Below, one piece after another: positions 1 to 9,959 of a stretch of DNA of 64,000 bases. How positions within the stretch are numbered: position 1 is the first letter of the stretch; each line of letters starts with the position of its first letter. The notes below the pieces were generated by a model. It was not told the DNA's origin and searched no databases. It saw nothing but the letters and a program-made list of their open reading frames with translations. Position numbers and translations under genes: made by a program. The stretch is from an uncultured archaeon (lineage in GTDB: Archaea > Thermoplasmatota > Thermoplasmata > Thermoplasmatales > Thermoplasmataceae). Where the stretch lies: positions 1,088,001 to 1,152,000 of the forward strand of contig CP009479.1 of the NCBI GenBank assembly GCA_000965745.1, written 5' to 3'.

Positions 1-285
1 GAAATTTGCCGGGCCTTCTTTTATGGGAATATAGAAACTTGTGCTGAGACTGGAACTCACCTCATTTACGACGTCCTCGATGGTCATTGCACAAAACGCT
101 GCAGCAGCATCTGAAAATGCCATTATGGCTGCTCCGCTCATGATGCCGCCCAGTCTCTCCACGTTTTCCCACATGGGAACACTGATCTCGACGTCACCCT
201 GCTCTAGCCTTATTATCTCAACAGTGTGGTTCCTGAAGAAGCCATCCGTTTCCAGGATTTGCCTGGCAAGGTTCACGTCTATCAT
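1..285 (-). CDS. PaaI-family (hotdog-fold) thioesterase, 3' end runs off the window
   Basis: Hand translation from ATG at 285: MIDVNLARQILETDGFFRNHTVEIIRLEQGDVEISVPMWENVERLGGIMSGAAIMAFSDAAAAF...VSSSLSTSFYIPIKEGP. Matches the PaaI G-I/V-x-G-x-x-I-x-x-x-x-D motif. Not in the ORF track. Confidence 0.8.
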   Translation of the reverse strand, partial: MIDVNLARQILETDGFFRNHTVEIIRLEQGDVEISVPMWENVERLGGIMSGAAIMAFSDAAAAFCAMTIEDVVNEVSSSLSTSFYIPIKEGPANF

Positions 286-505
286 CAGTAATTTTATATG
301 CTCTCTGTATTTATTTTCTTGCGATCAGGTCTCGAATCGATAACTCGTGCAAACTGAGTTAACTTTTAGATAATTTCTAGCTATTTTGTTCAGATTCGTG
401 TAAAAGATTCACTAGAATTTGTCACTTTGAGTTGACCTTCGTATCCCGTCTAGATGGTGGTCAGTGAAAAGAAAAAGAATTTAAACAACTTGTTTATATG
501 TAGCT

Positions 506-1201
506 ATGGATGCGAATCCTGAGCAATTGGAGAGAATTCATGGGATGCTGAAATTACTTGGTCTTTCATCATACGAAGCACAGGGGTTTGCAGCTTTGGT
601 CTATTACGGTGTGGCAAGCGCAGATACTATAGCAGACGCGGCTAAAATCCCAAGAACATCTGCATACAAGGTGATGGAATCTCTAGTGCAGAAGGGATTC
701 GCCAAGGAAACTCAGGGACGGCCCAGAATGTTCAAGCCTGAGGACATGAACCAGATCAGGAATGATATGGAGGAGAAGTTCCAGACATTGTTCCGGGACC
801 TGAAGGAGCTGCAGGACCTCCTTCCGTCCAAGGGCGAGCCGCAGCTTGTCTACACAATCTATGGAAGCCAGAAGGTCATGGAAAAAATTGAGGAGATGCT
901 GAACCTTACAGAGAATGATATATACATCTGCACCCCAAAGGTCAGGGAAATCAGGACAGCCCTGAAAAAGAGCATAGACAACGCAATAAAACGTGGGGTA
1001 AAGGTGGTCTTTGTGACGCCGCCAAACAAGCGGGTCCCTCCAAACACTGAAGTTTACAGAAAGGAAGGCCTCACGGTTACAGATGTAGTGAGCGACCAGA
1101 CGCGTGCCATGCTTGCAGGACCTGAAATGGATGCTTGCGGATATACAGACAATCCGGCACTTGCGATGCAGGTATTCTTATTCATCAGTACCATGATATG
1201 A
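506..1201 (+). CDS. TrmB-family transcriptional regulator
   Basis: N-terminal wHTH (LGLSSYEAQ...IPRTSAYKVMESLVQKG...GRPRMF) plus a PLD-like effector domain. Confidence 0.9.
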   Translation: MDANPEQLERIHGMLKLLGLSSYEAQGFAALVYYGVASADTIADAAKIPRTSAYKVMESLVQKGFAKETQGRPRMFKPEDMNQIRNDMEEKFQTLFRDLKELQDLLPSKGEPQLVYTIYGSQKVMEKIEEMLNLTENDIYICTPKVREIRTALKKSIDNAIKRGVKVVFVTPPNKRVPPNTEVYRKEGLTVTDVVSDQTRAMLAGPEMDACGYTDNPALAMQVFLFISTMI

Positions 1202-1270
1202 AAATCAGCACAAGATCGGACTCAGTAATTATGTGCCGGTTCAGACATTTCATTTATTAACCAAATAGCA

Positions 1271-2143
1271 ATGAAAAGCGCGATGTCATTAAGCAGCACC
1301 ATCACGATCGGAGGGCACGTATCCGCCGCAGGAGGCCCTTCAAATGCTCCTGGTAGAGCAAGCGTGTTTTCGTTCAACACATTCCAGATTTTCTCAAAGA
1401 ACCAGATGCAGTGGAAAAGCAAACCTCTGCCTGAGGAAGAGATAAAGAGGTTCGCTGATGAAGTTAAATCACATTCCATGAGAAACACCATGGTTCACGC
1501 CTCTTATCTTCTAAATCTGGGGACTTCGGACCCCTCGCTGAAGGAAAAGGCGCTGAACGGAATGAAGGTCGAACTGGAGAGAATTGAACTTCTTGGGATG
1601 GACCTGCTCACTTTTCACCCGGGCTCAAGCAAGGGTATTACAGAAAAGGAATCTCTCAAAAACATAGCAGAGGCACTCAATCAAGTTCTCTTCAAAGAGC
1701 AGAAATCAAAAATCCTCCTTGAAACTGCCGCTGGACAGGGCTCGAACGTAGGCTACAACTTCGAGCAGCTTGCAGAAATAATAGATCAGATCAGCCTCAA
1801 GGACAAAGTTGGGATTTGTTTTGATACCTGCCATGTCTGGGCATCCGGTTACGATATCAAATCGCCGGAAGGCTACGCTGAAACAATGGACTCATTCGAT
1901 TCAACCTTAGGACTCGACAGGCTGAATGGATTCCATCTCAACGATTCTAAGAAAGGAACTGGAAGCAGGGTTGACAGGCATGAACAAATCGGCCAGGGAA
2001 CACTCGGTATGGACGGGATATCAAATTTTGTGAACGACAGGAGGTTCAGGAACGTTCCCATGATTCTTGAAACTCCCAGGGGCGAAGAAGGCTATGACGA
2101 GGACCTCAAGGTCATACGTGGTGTGTTTCAAGAGGAAAGGTAG
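1271..2143 (+). CDS. nfo: Endonuclease IV (AP endonuclease)
   Basis: Zn-ligand motifs GGHVS, HASYLLNL, FHPG, LLETAAGQG, CFDTCH, HLNDSK, DRHEQIG, ILETP. Confidence 0.95.
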   Translation: MKSAMSLSSTITIGGHVSAAGGPSNAPGRASVFSFNTFQIFSKNQMQWKSKPLPEEEIKRFADEVKSHSMRNTMVHASYLLNLGTSDPSLKEKALNGMKVELERIELLGMDLLTFHPGSSKGITEKESLKNIAEALNQVLFKEQKSKILLETAAGQGSNVGYNFEQLAEIIDQISLKDKVGICFDTCHVWASGYDIKSPEGYAETMDSFDSTLGLDRLNGFHLNDSKKGTGSRVDRHEQIGQGTLGMDGISNFVNDRRFRNVPMILETPRGEEGYDEDLKVIRGVFQEER

Positions 2144-2145
2144 AG

Positions 2146-3345
2146 TTGAACATACGCCCCTTCAGACCGTGCATTTACAGTGAAAATCTAAAGGATGTAA
2201 CCGCACCTCCATTTGATGGCATTACTCCCAATCAGGAATCTGAACTGAAAAAACATCCTTACAACATTACACACCTGACGTTACCCCGCGGCGCGGACGG
2301 AGTAGAGAATGCCAGGAAGAAAATCCTGCAGTGGATACAGGAAGGAATAATCGTGGAGATGGACAGGGATACTCTATTCATACTTGTCCAGGAATTCAGG
2401 CTAAACTCTGAGAATATTGAACGAATCGGTGTTATAGGGGTGACCGATGTTTATCCCGATAATGGAATGGTCAAGCCGCATGAAAACACTTTTCCAGGAC
2501 CGGTAAGGGAGAGGGCAGCATTAATGAAGGGTCTGGAGGCACAACTTGAGCCGCTGTTCCTCACCATACTGAACAATAATTTCGAAAGAGTGTTAAGACG
2601 CATTATTTCGGGGAAGAGGCCCGACAGGGTTTTTGAAGAGCCATACGGGGTAACGAATTCTCTTTATTTTGTGTCTGAAATGGAAAAAATCGAGAAGATT
2701 TCAGATGCCATATCCCGGGACAATGCCATAGTCGCTGACGGTCATCACAGGCTGAAGGCGGCCCAGACGATCGCTGAATCTGCCGAAGCGGAAGAAGGGA
2801 ATTTCTGGAGCGAGAGTATGGTGTATGTTTCCTCAATCTATGACAGGGGGCTGCTCATATCCGGTGTGCACAGGATTGTGAATGACAGTTTTTCTTTCAG
2901 GCAGAATCTGGACAGGATTGCTTCATATTTCCAGATAAGGGAGCGCGAAACACTTGATACAATTGACAATCTGGTCATTTACGACGGAACATTCAAGTAC
3001 CTTATACCAAGACAGGGGGCACTTGAATCCCTTTTCGGTAAAGAATACTCTTCAGAGGATATAGTGGGGTCAAAGGTAATCAACGAGATACTCTTCAAGA
3101 AGGTGTTGGGAATGGAGGCAAAGGATCTAGAGTCTTCTGTTCAATACACACACGACCTTTCTCTTGCGGTTGGTTACGTAGACAGTGGAAAAGCTAATTT
3201 CGCAGTGATCATGCCTGCATGGAACAAGGACGCGTTCATCAAACAGTCAATGAGCGGACATGTGCTGCCTCAGAAATCAACATATTTTTACCCGAAAATT
3301 CCATCCGGGATAGCCATAAGGAAACTGGACAGGAAAAGTTGTTGA
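2146..3345 (+). CDS. DUF1015 family protein
   Basis: IRPFR, APPFD, PHENT, IVADGHHR, VHR and LPQKSTYFYPKIPSG signature motifs. Confidence 0.9.
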   Translation: MNIRPFRPCIYSENLKDVTAPPFDGITPNQESELKKHPYNITHLTLPRGADGVENARKKILQWIQEGIIVEMDRDTLFILVQEFRLNSENIERIGVIGVTDVYPDNGMVKPHENTFPGPVRERAALMKGLEAQLEPLFLTILNNNFERVLRRIISGKRPDRVFEEPYGVTNSLYFVSEMEKIEKISDAISRDNAIVADGHHRLKAAQTIAESAEAEEGNFWSESMVYVSSIYDRGLLISGVHRIVNDSFSFRQNLDRIASYFQIRERETLDTIDNLVIYDGTFKYLIPRQGALESLFGKEYSSEDIVGSKVINEILFKKVLGMEAKDLESSVQYTHDLSLAVGYVDSGKANFAVIMPAWNKDAFIKQSMSGHVLPQKSTYFYPKIPSGIAIRKLDRKSC

Positions 3346-3349
3346 AATT

Positions 3350-3422
3350 GCCACTGTGGCTTAGCTGGTAGAGCAGCTGATTCGTAATCAGCAGGTCGGG
3401 GGTTCAAATCCCTCCAGTGGCT
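3350..3422 (+). tRNA. tRNA-Thr (anticodon CGT)
   Basis: Acceptor stem GCCACTG/CAGTGGC, D arm GCTT..GAGC, anticodon arm GCTGA-TTCGTAA-TCAGC, T arm GGGGG-TTCAAAT-CCCTC. Starts just after the DUF1015 stop. Confidence 0.97.
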
Positions 3423-3817
3423 TATATTACAGAATAAGTGGGTTTCTAACAGAATTAATTCGGTTACTTTTGAAGCACTTTCAGATTTCACTTTCCTGTA
3501 AGTAAAAACGAGTGATACCATGCATTTCTTTGCTATTTTCAGGTAAATTTCATGATACCACCACTATGATTTTTCTTTACCTAATTCTACTGAATCTTAC
3601 CTAAAGCAGTTCAAACAAGACTTGATGAAATACGGGGCATTAAGAGGACAACCAAATTATTACATGTCAACAAATTATATATATAGGTGACGTCAAAGAA
3701 ATAATCATTGAACATCTTTGTTTAAACCAGAAAAATCACAGTAGCTTGCTTGCAGGTGAAGGGATATAGATTGTCAAAATTAAATTTACCCCTCATGGGT
3801 AATTATGTATATATCTA

Positions 3818-5623
3818 TTGATTGAACTAAGTATGAACAGGACATCCAAAATAGTTGTTGCCATAATGGGTGTGGTCTTGTTAATTACGCCATTAAGTTA
3901 TTTTGAATATGCAAATAGACAATCCACTGAACCCGCACCAGTCTCACTTGTCCTGGGTCCTGAACTGAAAATAAGTTCCAACTCTCCTTTGACCAACAAT
4001 ACGACCATAACGCTTCAAGTCACAGCGATTGACCCCGGTGTGCTGGAGCACAAAGGGTATTTTATGCACACCTACCCTTCTGCTGAAAATGCCAGTGTGC
4101 TTCTTCTGAACACCACACTCATCAACCAAACCTCCTCCTTATTCCTCCCAGCTGAATTCTACCACATTGTGAAGCAGTGGAAGGCACTTTATGCCGGACA
4201 GCCACACGTCAATTTGCCATCACTGCAGATCAACGCTTTCAAGACTGTCAATGACAACGGTGTGCTGAGAGTATACAGCTATTACAACAATATCCCTTAC
4301 AATCCTTACAATATGGCGGAAAAACAGACCAGCAATCTAACAGTCATGAGGGGTCTGACCAATGGTACCGATGTCAATGTCACAGGTGTCAATAATGTGA
4401 CATTCTCGAACCTGAACCTTTCCACCGGCATATACTTCTCCGACAGGCCTGTTCAGGAAATGGCTGTGCAATCCCCTAAATATGATCTTCAGGCTTTGCC
4501 AGAATCTTACACTTATTACTATTACAACACCACATCCTACAAGACGTACGATTCCACACAATATGTGAATACAATATATAGCTCCCTTCCCTTAATGGCG
4601 GTACACATGTCAAATGCTGTGGCCAACGGAAAGTCACAGATAGCCTTCGGAGCATTCATCGCGTTTCAGAGTGACTCGGTAAACATGAATTCCGTGAACG
4701 CATATAATGCAACAAGCGGTCAAATTTCTACAAAAATGAGCACTTCACCATCGTACGTCCACGAGGCTAACCTTAGCGAAACATCGTATTCATCTGAGTA
4801 CAACGCAATTCCATTAAATCTTTTTTCAGGTCAGGAAAACCTCATCCTTAGAGAAAATCAGACCACTTCATATGTGGGAATCGGCAATGTCACATACACC
4901 TTCACTCATTATAATCAGTATACAGACAAGTACCAGAACGAGTACGAAAGAATCTGCCAGATCTATCCTGACGGTACTCAGAACTGCCATACAGTGTTCA
5001 TCAAGTCAACATTAGTTTCAAGGACATATGATGGAAACGGCACTATAGGCGCTATGAGTGCTGTGAACACTACTAACGGCCAACTGGTTATGTCAGCCGG
5101 ATTTTTGCCAATGTATGCAGGCAACGTACTTCAGAAGCTCATAGGCACCAGCAACGGAACAGTTTATCTCTCAACATCCACGCCGGGGAATGTAGTACAG
5201 GCATCAACTGTCTGGGCAGATACATATGGATACACCAATGCCAAAAATATCATAGGCACTGCATCAGATGCGCTGGATACCTTTTCAAGTGCGATCAGCC
5301 TCGGATTGGCCATAGCCGATATGCTATCAGCAGAAGGGATCATAGGGGAACCGGGAGAGATTGCGGACACCATAGGGCTCATTGGAGATACACTGGGAAT
5401 GACAGGTACAATTCTGGGTTTGTTCTCAAGCATAAGTTTCATAAGTGGGTCAAACTCAGCCACAATGTCATACAGTGCTACTGACTCTATTGAAATCGAG
5501 CCAGGTTCAAACTACACTGCCACATTTTACGAGAGCTACTCTCCTGTGACGTTCAATGAGAACGGCAACACATATTCATTCTACGCACCATTGAATTACC
5601 TCAACGTCACAGGGATGTCTTAA
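3818..5623 (+). CDS. Large secreted/surface protein of unknown function (start may be ATG 3833)
   Basis: N-terminal signal/TM segment, S/T/N/Y-rich, many N-x-S/T sequons, one Cys pair, hydrophobic helical hairpin near the C-terminus. Confidence 0.8.
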   Translation: MIELSMNRTSKIVVAIMGVVLLITPLSYFEYANRQSTEPAPVSLVLGPELKISSNSPLTNNTTITLQVTAIDPGVLEHKGYFMHTYPSAENASVLLLNTTLINQTSSLFLPAEFYHIVKQWKALYAGQPHVNLPSLQINAFKTVNDNGVLRVYSYYNNIPYNPYNMAEKQTSNLTVMRGLTNGTDVNVTGVNNVTFSNLNLSTGIYFSDRPVQEMAVQSPKYDLQALPESYTYYYYNTTSYKTYDSTQYVNTIYSSLPLMAVHMSNAVANGKSQIAFGAFIAFQSDSVNMNSVNAYNATSGQISTKMSTSPSYVHEANLSETSYSSEYNAIPLNLFSGQENLILRENQTTSYVGIGNVTYTFTHYNQYTDKYQNEYERICQIYPDGTQNCHTVFIKSTLVSRTYDGNGTIGAMSAVNTTNGQLVMSAGFLPMYAGNVLQKLIGTSNGTVYLSTSTPGNVVQASTVWADTYGYTNAKNIIGTASDALDTFSSAISLGLAIADMLSAEGIIGEPGEIADTIGLIGDTLGMTGTILGLFSSISFISGSNSATMSYSATDSIEIEPGSNYTATFYESYSPVTFNENGNTYSFYAPLNYLNVTGMS

Positions 5624-5900
5624 TTACATTTTGGATACACAATTTTTCATTTTTTAAAGATTTTGAATGTTTCGCCACATTATTTGTTATGACCCTTTTC
5701 TTTGGACTTGTCCTTGAGTTCTTCTTCAAGTTATAGTCTCACAATTGAAACATAAGATCCTTGCAGGAATAATGTCTTATGGATTTCACAGAAGTATGGT
5801 CGTACGGTCATGATTAAATGAGCGCTCTATTTAAATTCACATCTGGAAAGTGATTATTTTTAACCAATCGTTTTTCTTGGTCTAGACAAGAACTTAAGCG

Positions 5901-6008
5901 TGATTCGTAATCAGCAGGTCGGGGGTTCAAATCCCTCCAGTGGCTCCCTATATGGTTGTAATCAGCAGGTCGGGGGTTCAAATCCCTCCAGTGGCTCCCT
6001 ATATGGTT
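5901..6008 (+). repeat. Two tandem copies of the tRNA-Thr 3' half (att remnants); 51-bp unit at 5907-5957 and 5958-6008
   Basis: 5901-5945 is identical to tRNA 3378-3422. The unit GTAATCAGC...CAGTGGCTCCCTATATGGTT is repeated exactly. Confidence 0.95.
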
Positions 6009-6039
6009 GATATGCTAACTCTGGGTCCATCACAGGCCA

Positions 6040-6390
6040 ATGAGAAGAAGATTGCAATATCTTTTGAAGGCTCAAGCAGGTATCCGGTATTGTTCCACTC
6101 CACAATTCGCATTATTTCCATTCCTGCAACCCGTTCTTCAGGCTTGGGATCATATTGGACGTGGGCAACCAGAAATATGGCCTCATTGTTATCTATTAAG
6201 TCTTTATATGACAAAGAAGATTCCCAGTACTGGTGAACTATGTCCTCAGCCTAATTCAGATCACGTGCAGTTGCTGGCATCACCATTACATTCAATTTTT
6301 CCTCTCTACCATTGTAGGGTATGGTAATTAACCTATCATTCCCTCTGTTGGAGATGGAAGCTTTAGACCGAACTGCCTCAATCGGAAAAT
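6040..6390 (-). pseudogene. Truncated GNAT-like acetyltransferase remnant
   Basis: Hand translation ...VMPATARDLN*AEDIVHQYW...NNEAIFLVAHV...RVAGMEIMRIVEWNNTGYLLE has the GNAT beta1-alpha1..beta2-beta4 pattern, an in-frame TAG and no acetyl-CoA loop. Confidence 0.45.
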
Positions 6391-6399
6391 CCGGCCTTC

Positions 6400-6765
6400 C
6401 TAAGATCCCTTTTCAGAGAGATTGATCTGCTTGAGGCCAATCTTTCTGTATACCTTGTCAGAACTGATTATCTTCTCGTTAGCGTGGATAGCATGGAAGG
6501 AGTCGAAAACTCCCACTCCCTGTTCTATCAGTTCGGCAGCAGCCTGATACATTCCGTTTTCCTCATTACATATCGCCATCACATCGATTGCTAATCTGAC
6601 AGGATCAAGATCATACCGCTTAGCCAGAAGCATCAATTCTATGTATGTTACCTCGGAAGTTGAAATGTCACCATCCTCTTCTTCCATCATTTTCCTTGCA
6701 TTCTCCTTCAACCAGTCTGATGGTTTTAACAACGCAAGAAAGAAATCAGTATCAGCGTACGTCAT
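6400..6765 (-). CDS. vapC: PIN-domain toxin (VapC)
   Basis: YADTDFFLA, TSEVTYIEL, FDSFHA, IISSDKVY: the PIN acidic residues. Confidence 0.9.
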   Translation of the reverse strand: MTYADTDFFLALLKPSDWLKENARKMMEEEDGDISTSEVTYIELMLLAKRYDLDPVRLAIDVMAICNEENGMYQAAAELIEQGVGVFDSFHAIHANEKIISSDKVYRKIGLKQINLSEKGS

Positions 6766-7000
6766 TGTAAGTTTCTTCGAGAATCTCTTTTCTCAATTCC
6801 TTTAGTGTTTTTTCCGGGATATTCTTGCCAATTTCTTCTAGGTCCTTAATTGGGTCTTCCGGCACGCTTGTCAATATGATTTTATCACCCACCCTTTTAA
6901 TGGTAAATCTGGGCCCCAGATCATCCTTGAGTGACGTTGGAATGTGGATTCTACCATTCTTGTCCATTTTGACAATTATTTTGGGCATTATGTGCACCAC
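6752..7000 (-). CDS. vapB: AbrB/MazE-type antitoxin (VapB)
   Basis: VKMDKNGRIHIP swapped-hairpin motif; overlaps the vapC start. Confidence 0.85.
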   Translation of the reverse strand: MVHIMPKIIVKMDKNGRIHIPTSLKDDLGPRFTIKRVGDKIILTSVPEDPIKDLEEIGKNIPEKTLKELRKEILEETYNDVR

Positions 7001-7407
7001 TGTAATGTATATTTAATAATTCCCATTTTACACAAATAATGGTATTAACCACGATCATTTCCAAAAACAGATAGTAAGAAAGGACTGTGATTTAAATTGG
7101 TGGTTCCATACCTTCTGGCAGAGACCCTCTAGTGGCTCTTTATCGGGATATCGGGTCTTTCGTGTATTCTTCCTACTTAAGTTTGAACCATTATCTAATT
7201 CCTGTAAGTTTGTAAATTCAAGAATTATATATTTTCCTCTATTGGTGGGCCTTTCTGACAAATGCCAATCCGGCGGTTTTACCTTTACTAATTTGAAAAT
7301 GATTTTATGTTGAATTAACCAAATAATTCTTGTTTTCCGAATGTTGGGGATTGAATTTTTTCAATTTGCAATGATTATAAGTTTTACCAAAACATTTATC
7401 AGTTTTT

Positions 7408-7986
7408 ATGCTCATCGCATTAACGGTGAATAATCAACGCAGTTCAGGAATCCTGATATTTATCGGGATCTTCATTTTTTCTATGGCCTTACTTATTGGC
7501 GAGGCATTGAGACCTGCCTACTCTCTCAACATGTATTCCATAAGCAGTCTAGGCATAGGTACACATGGAGAAATTTTTTATTACTCCATTCTGTTAATGG
7601 GGGCCTTAATTGTAATTGCAGGAATCATTTTGTTGTCAGGAGAGAAAAAAGAAGCGTGGCATTTCACTCTCATACTTGTTGGAATCGGTTCATTTGGGGT
7701 AGGAATATTTCCCTATATCGTCAATTACCCTCCATTGCATTCTGACTTTGCCTTCTTCGCATTCATATTCGGCGGCATTACTGCCTTGCTCTTTGCGACA
7801 CACAAGGGTACGCCATTCAGGATATTCTCTCCCATTGTAGGTATCACAGTTCTGGCCTCCATCTTTCTATATGCAAGTGGAAAGCTCTATGGGCTTGGCC
7901 CTGGGGGAATGGAGCGCATGATCGTATACCCGACTCTCTTCTGGGCACTTGCATTGTCCGGGCATCTCATGAACCAGAAGGAGTGA
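7408..7986 (+). CDS. DUF998-like membrane protein
   Basis: About 5 TM segments; PAYS...ISSLG, GVGIFP, LH and GGMER motifs. Confidence 0.8.
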   Translation: MLIALTVNNQRSSGILIFIGIFIFSMALLIGEALRPAYSLNMYSISSLGIGTHGEIFYYSILLMGALIVIAGIILLSGEKKEAWHFTLILVGIGSFGVGIFPYIVNYPPLHSDFAFFAFIFGGITALLFATHKGTPFRIFSPIVGITVLASIFLYASGKLYGLGPGGMERMIVYPTLFWALALSGHLMNQKE

Positions 7987-8391
7987 TGGCATGGCCGCTC
8001 CGAATATCAAACAATTCTCAATTGCTGACTTTCTTTTAATCCGGCGAACAAAATTTCGCACACCTGCTTCATAAGAACTTATCTTATCAATGGGGAGGCT
8101 GGCAAGATACCTGCGGTAAAAAGGAGCACATCATCGCGGAATATGAGGTGAGGACCATATCCAAGGACGGGTTGGCAGGGAGAAATAGAGGTTTCAAATG
8201 TGAGCACAACAAGAAGAATTTCTGGGAAACCAAGCTCCCCCATGGGCCTACACCCAACCGTATATACACAAAAAGAAGTTTACAAACACAATAATGAACA
8301 GTGTACTCTTCGCTTTCTAAATGGGTTTGAAGACTGAGTGAAACTCCACATTTCCGCATTAGCATTTTTTATCTATTGAAGCATCTGACTG

Positions 8392-8436
8392 TGACTCGTA
8401 ATCATCAGTTCGGGTGTTCAGATTCCTTCAGTAGCT
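8392..8436 (+). repeat. Degenerate copy of the tRNA-Thr 3' half (old att site)
   Basis: TGACTCGTAATCATCAGTTCGGGTGTTCAGATTCCTTCAGTAGCT matches 3378-3422 at 37/45 positions without gaps. Confidence 0.85.
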
Positions 8437-8670
8437 TCCAGTGACCATGAAAGTCTTCTGCGGAGTAACCAACTTGTAAGCATAACCTGACAAGCCGCTG
8501 GTGATATCATGAACATCACCTCGTCCAGTTTGCATGGTCATGGTCCCGTTCCCATTGCAATCAGATAATTGCTGAACTTCGTATTCTACAATCTTAATTG
8601 ATATACAAAGTGCATAAGGATTTCTAGAAAATGTAAAGTATCCCGAATCGCATATTTAGATCTATGAGTA

Positions 8671-9889
8671 CTAGATGAGCGTTCTCTTAATTTCTATGCT
8701 ATTACAGTTTCATCCATTTTGTAGGTCCACCTGAATATGACTGGTGACCTGTTCAGCTCATCGAAATACTGGTCTATGCGTTCTTTGAGCTCTTCAAATC
8801 TCTTCACTCTTATCTCTTTCAGGAGCGTCCTTGTAATCTTGCTGAACAGCGTTTCGACGATGTTGAGCCATGATCCATGTTTGGGGGTGAACACAAACAC
8901 GAACCTGTTCGGAACGGTTGCGAGATACTTCCTTGTCTTCTCTGATGTGTGAACCCTGAGGTTGTCCAGGATCAGCCTCAGGGTTATCTCTTTTGGATAT
9001 GAGGAATCAAGCTTCTTCAGGAATCTTATGAAGTCGTCGCTATTGTGTGTTCTGGAGGTAATCTCCGTAACCTTTCCACTGTGAAGATTCAATCCTGCAA
9101 GAAGTGATAACGTGCCCAGTCTCCTGTATTCATAATCCCTCGTTACAGATGGGTATTTTCCGGGAACAGGAGGAAGCTCCTCAGATTTCAGTGACAGTGC
9201 CTGTATTCCAGGCTTCTCGTCGAATGATATTGTTATGGTATCCTTCAGGTCATCCTCTGCAGATCCGGAGTTGATAATTTCGACCTCCTTGTAAACATGA
9301 AGAATGGTTGCCATCTTGTTCTCGAAATCCTCATCCCTGTTCTCTACGTAATACCGGATCTTGTGCGGCCTGATCGCTGCAAGTGTCAGTATATCGTGAA
9401 TTGTGGAACGGCTCACGTCTCTCAATGATGGCCTGCTCATCCTTGCATGGGATGTGAGCAGGGAATATGTCCAGAGTTCATTGGGATATCCATGTTCCGA
9501 TGGTTTTGTGCAGGCAAGATTCAGGATCCATGCCTTATCGTCGTCGGTGATCCTGCGTGGCTTTCCTGGCCTTGGAAGATCAGCAAGAGCAGAATCAACG
9601 CCGAATTCTCTTAACTTGGAGAGGGTGTTCTTTACGGTGTTCTTATTTACATGGTTCTTCCTTGCTATGACTTCGTCGCTGAGATCAGCGATGTAGTCAA
9701 GAATTATTCCTGCCCTGATTACACGCCTTCTTTCCTCGCTCCTTGAATTCCTTATCTTTCCAAGATCTGCAAGCTGTTCTTCAGTGAACTTCGGTTTCGG
9801 AAAATTCCTCCTGAACACCATTTATATCCATAAGATATGAAAAGATGGTATATAATAATAGACTAATTATTAAGCGAACGATAATCTAG
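8671..9889 (-). mobile_element. IS630-family insertion sequence
   Basis: Imperfect terminal IRs: CTAGATGAGCGTTCTCTTAAT vs reverse complement CTAGATTATCGTTCGCTTAAT (18/21). CTAG at both ends. Confidence 0.9.
8694..9821 (-). CDS. IS630 transposase
   Basis: HTH region with DLPRPGKP; catalytic FDEKP, LDNLRVH and PKHGSWLNIVE motifs. Confidence 0.95.
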   Translation of the reverse strand: MVFRRNFPKPKFTEEQLADLGKIRNSRSEERRRVIRAGIILDYIADLSDEVIARKNHVNKNTVKNTLSKLREFGVDSALADLPRPGKPRRITDDDKAWILNLACTKPSEHGYPNELWTYSLLTSHARMSRPSLRDVSRSTIHDILTLAAIRPHKIRYYVENRDEDFENKMATILHVYKEVEIINSGSAEDDLKDTITISFDEKPGIQALSLKSEELPPVPGKYPSVTRDYEYRRLGTLSLLAGLNLHSGKVTEITSRTHNSDDFIRFLKKLDSSYPKEITLRLILDNLRVHTSEKTRKYLATVPNRFVFVFTPKHGSWLNIVETLFSKITRTLLKEIRVKRFEELKERIDQYFDELNRSPVIFRWTYKMDETVIA

Positions 9890-9959
9890 AATTCCTACCA
9901 GATTCTTCTTAAGGTACTGGATTCTTGGCACATTTGTACTCATCCTTTTCGTTCTTCTG

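Noticed and set aside
41-343. Plus-strand 100-aa ORF, and the many similar antisense ORFs in the track
   Set aside because: These are shadows of well-supported genes on the opposite strand (here the PaaI thioesterase).
421-436. GTCAC-TTTGA-GTTGAC as a TrmB operator
   Set aside because: Imperfect single palindrome; insufficient support.
5901-6008. Possible mini-CRISPR or second tRNA gene
   Set aside because: The repeats are tRNA 3' halves lacking the D arm and 5' acceptor strand, and the 12-bp intervening sequence is identical rather than a unique spacer.
7055-7350. Minus-strand open frame next to vapB
   Set aside because: No credible start or motif; probably a decayed fragment.
8087-8365. 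92-aa ORF or possible transposase remnant
   Set aside because: No coherent frame or DDE motif on either strand.
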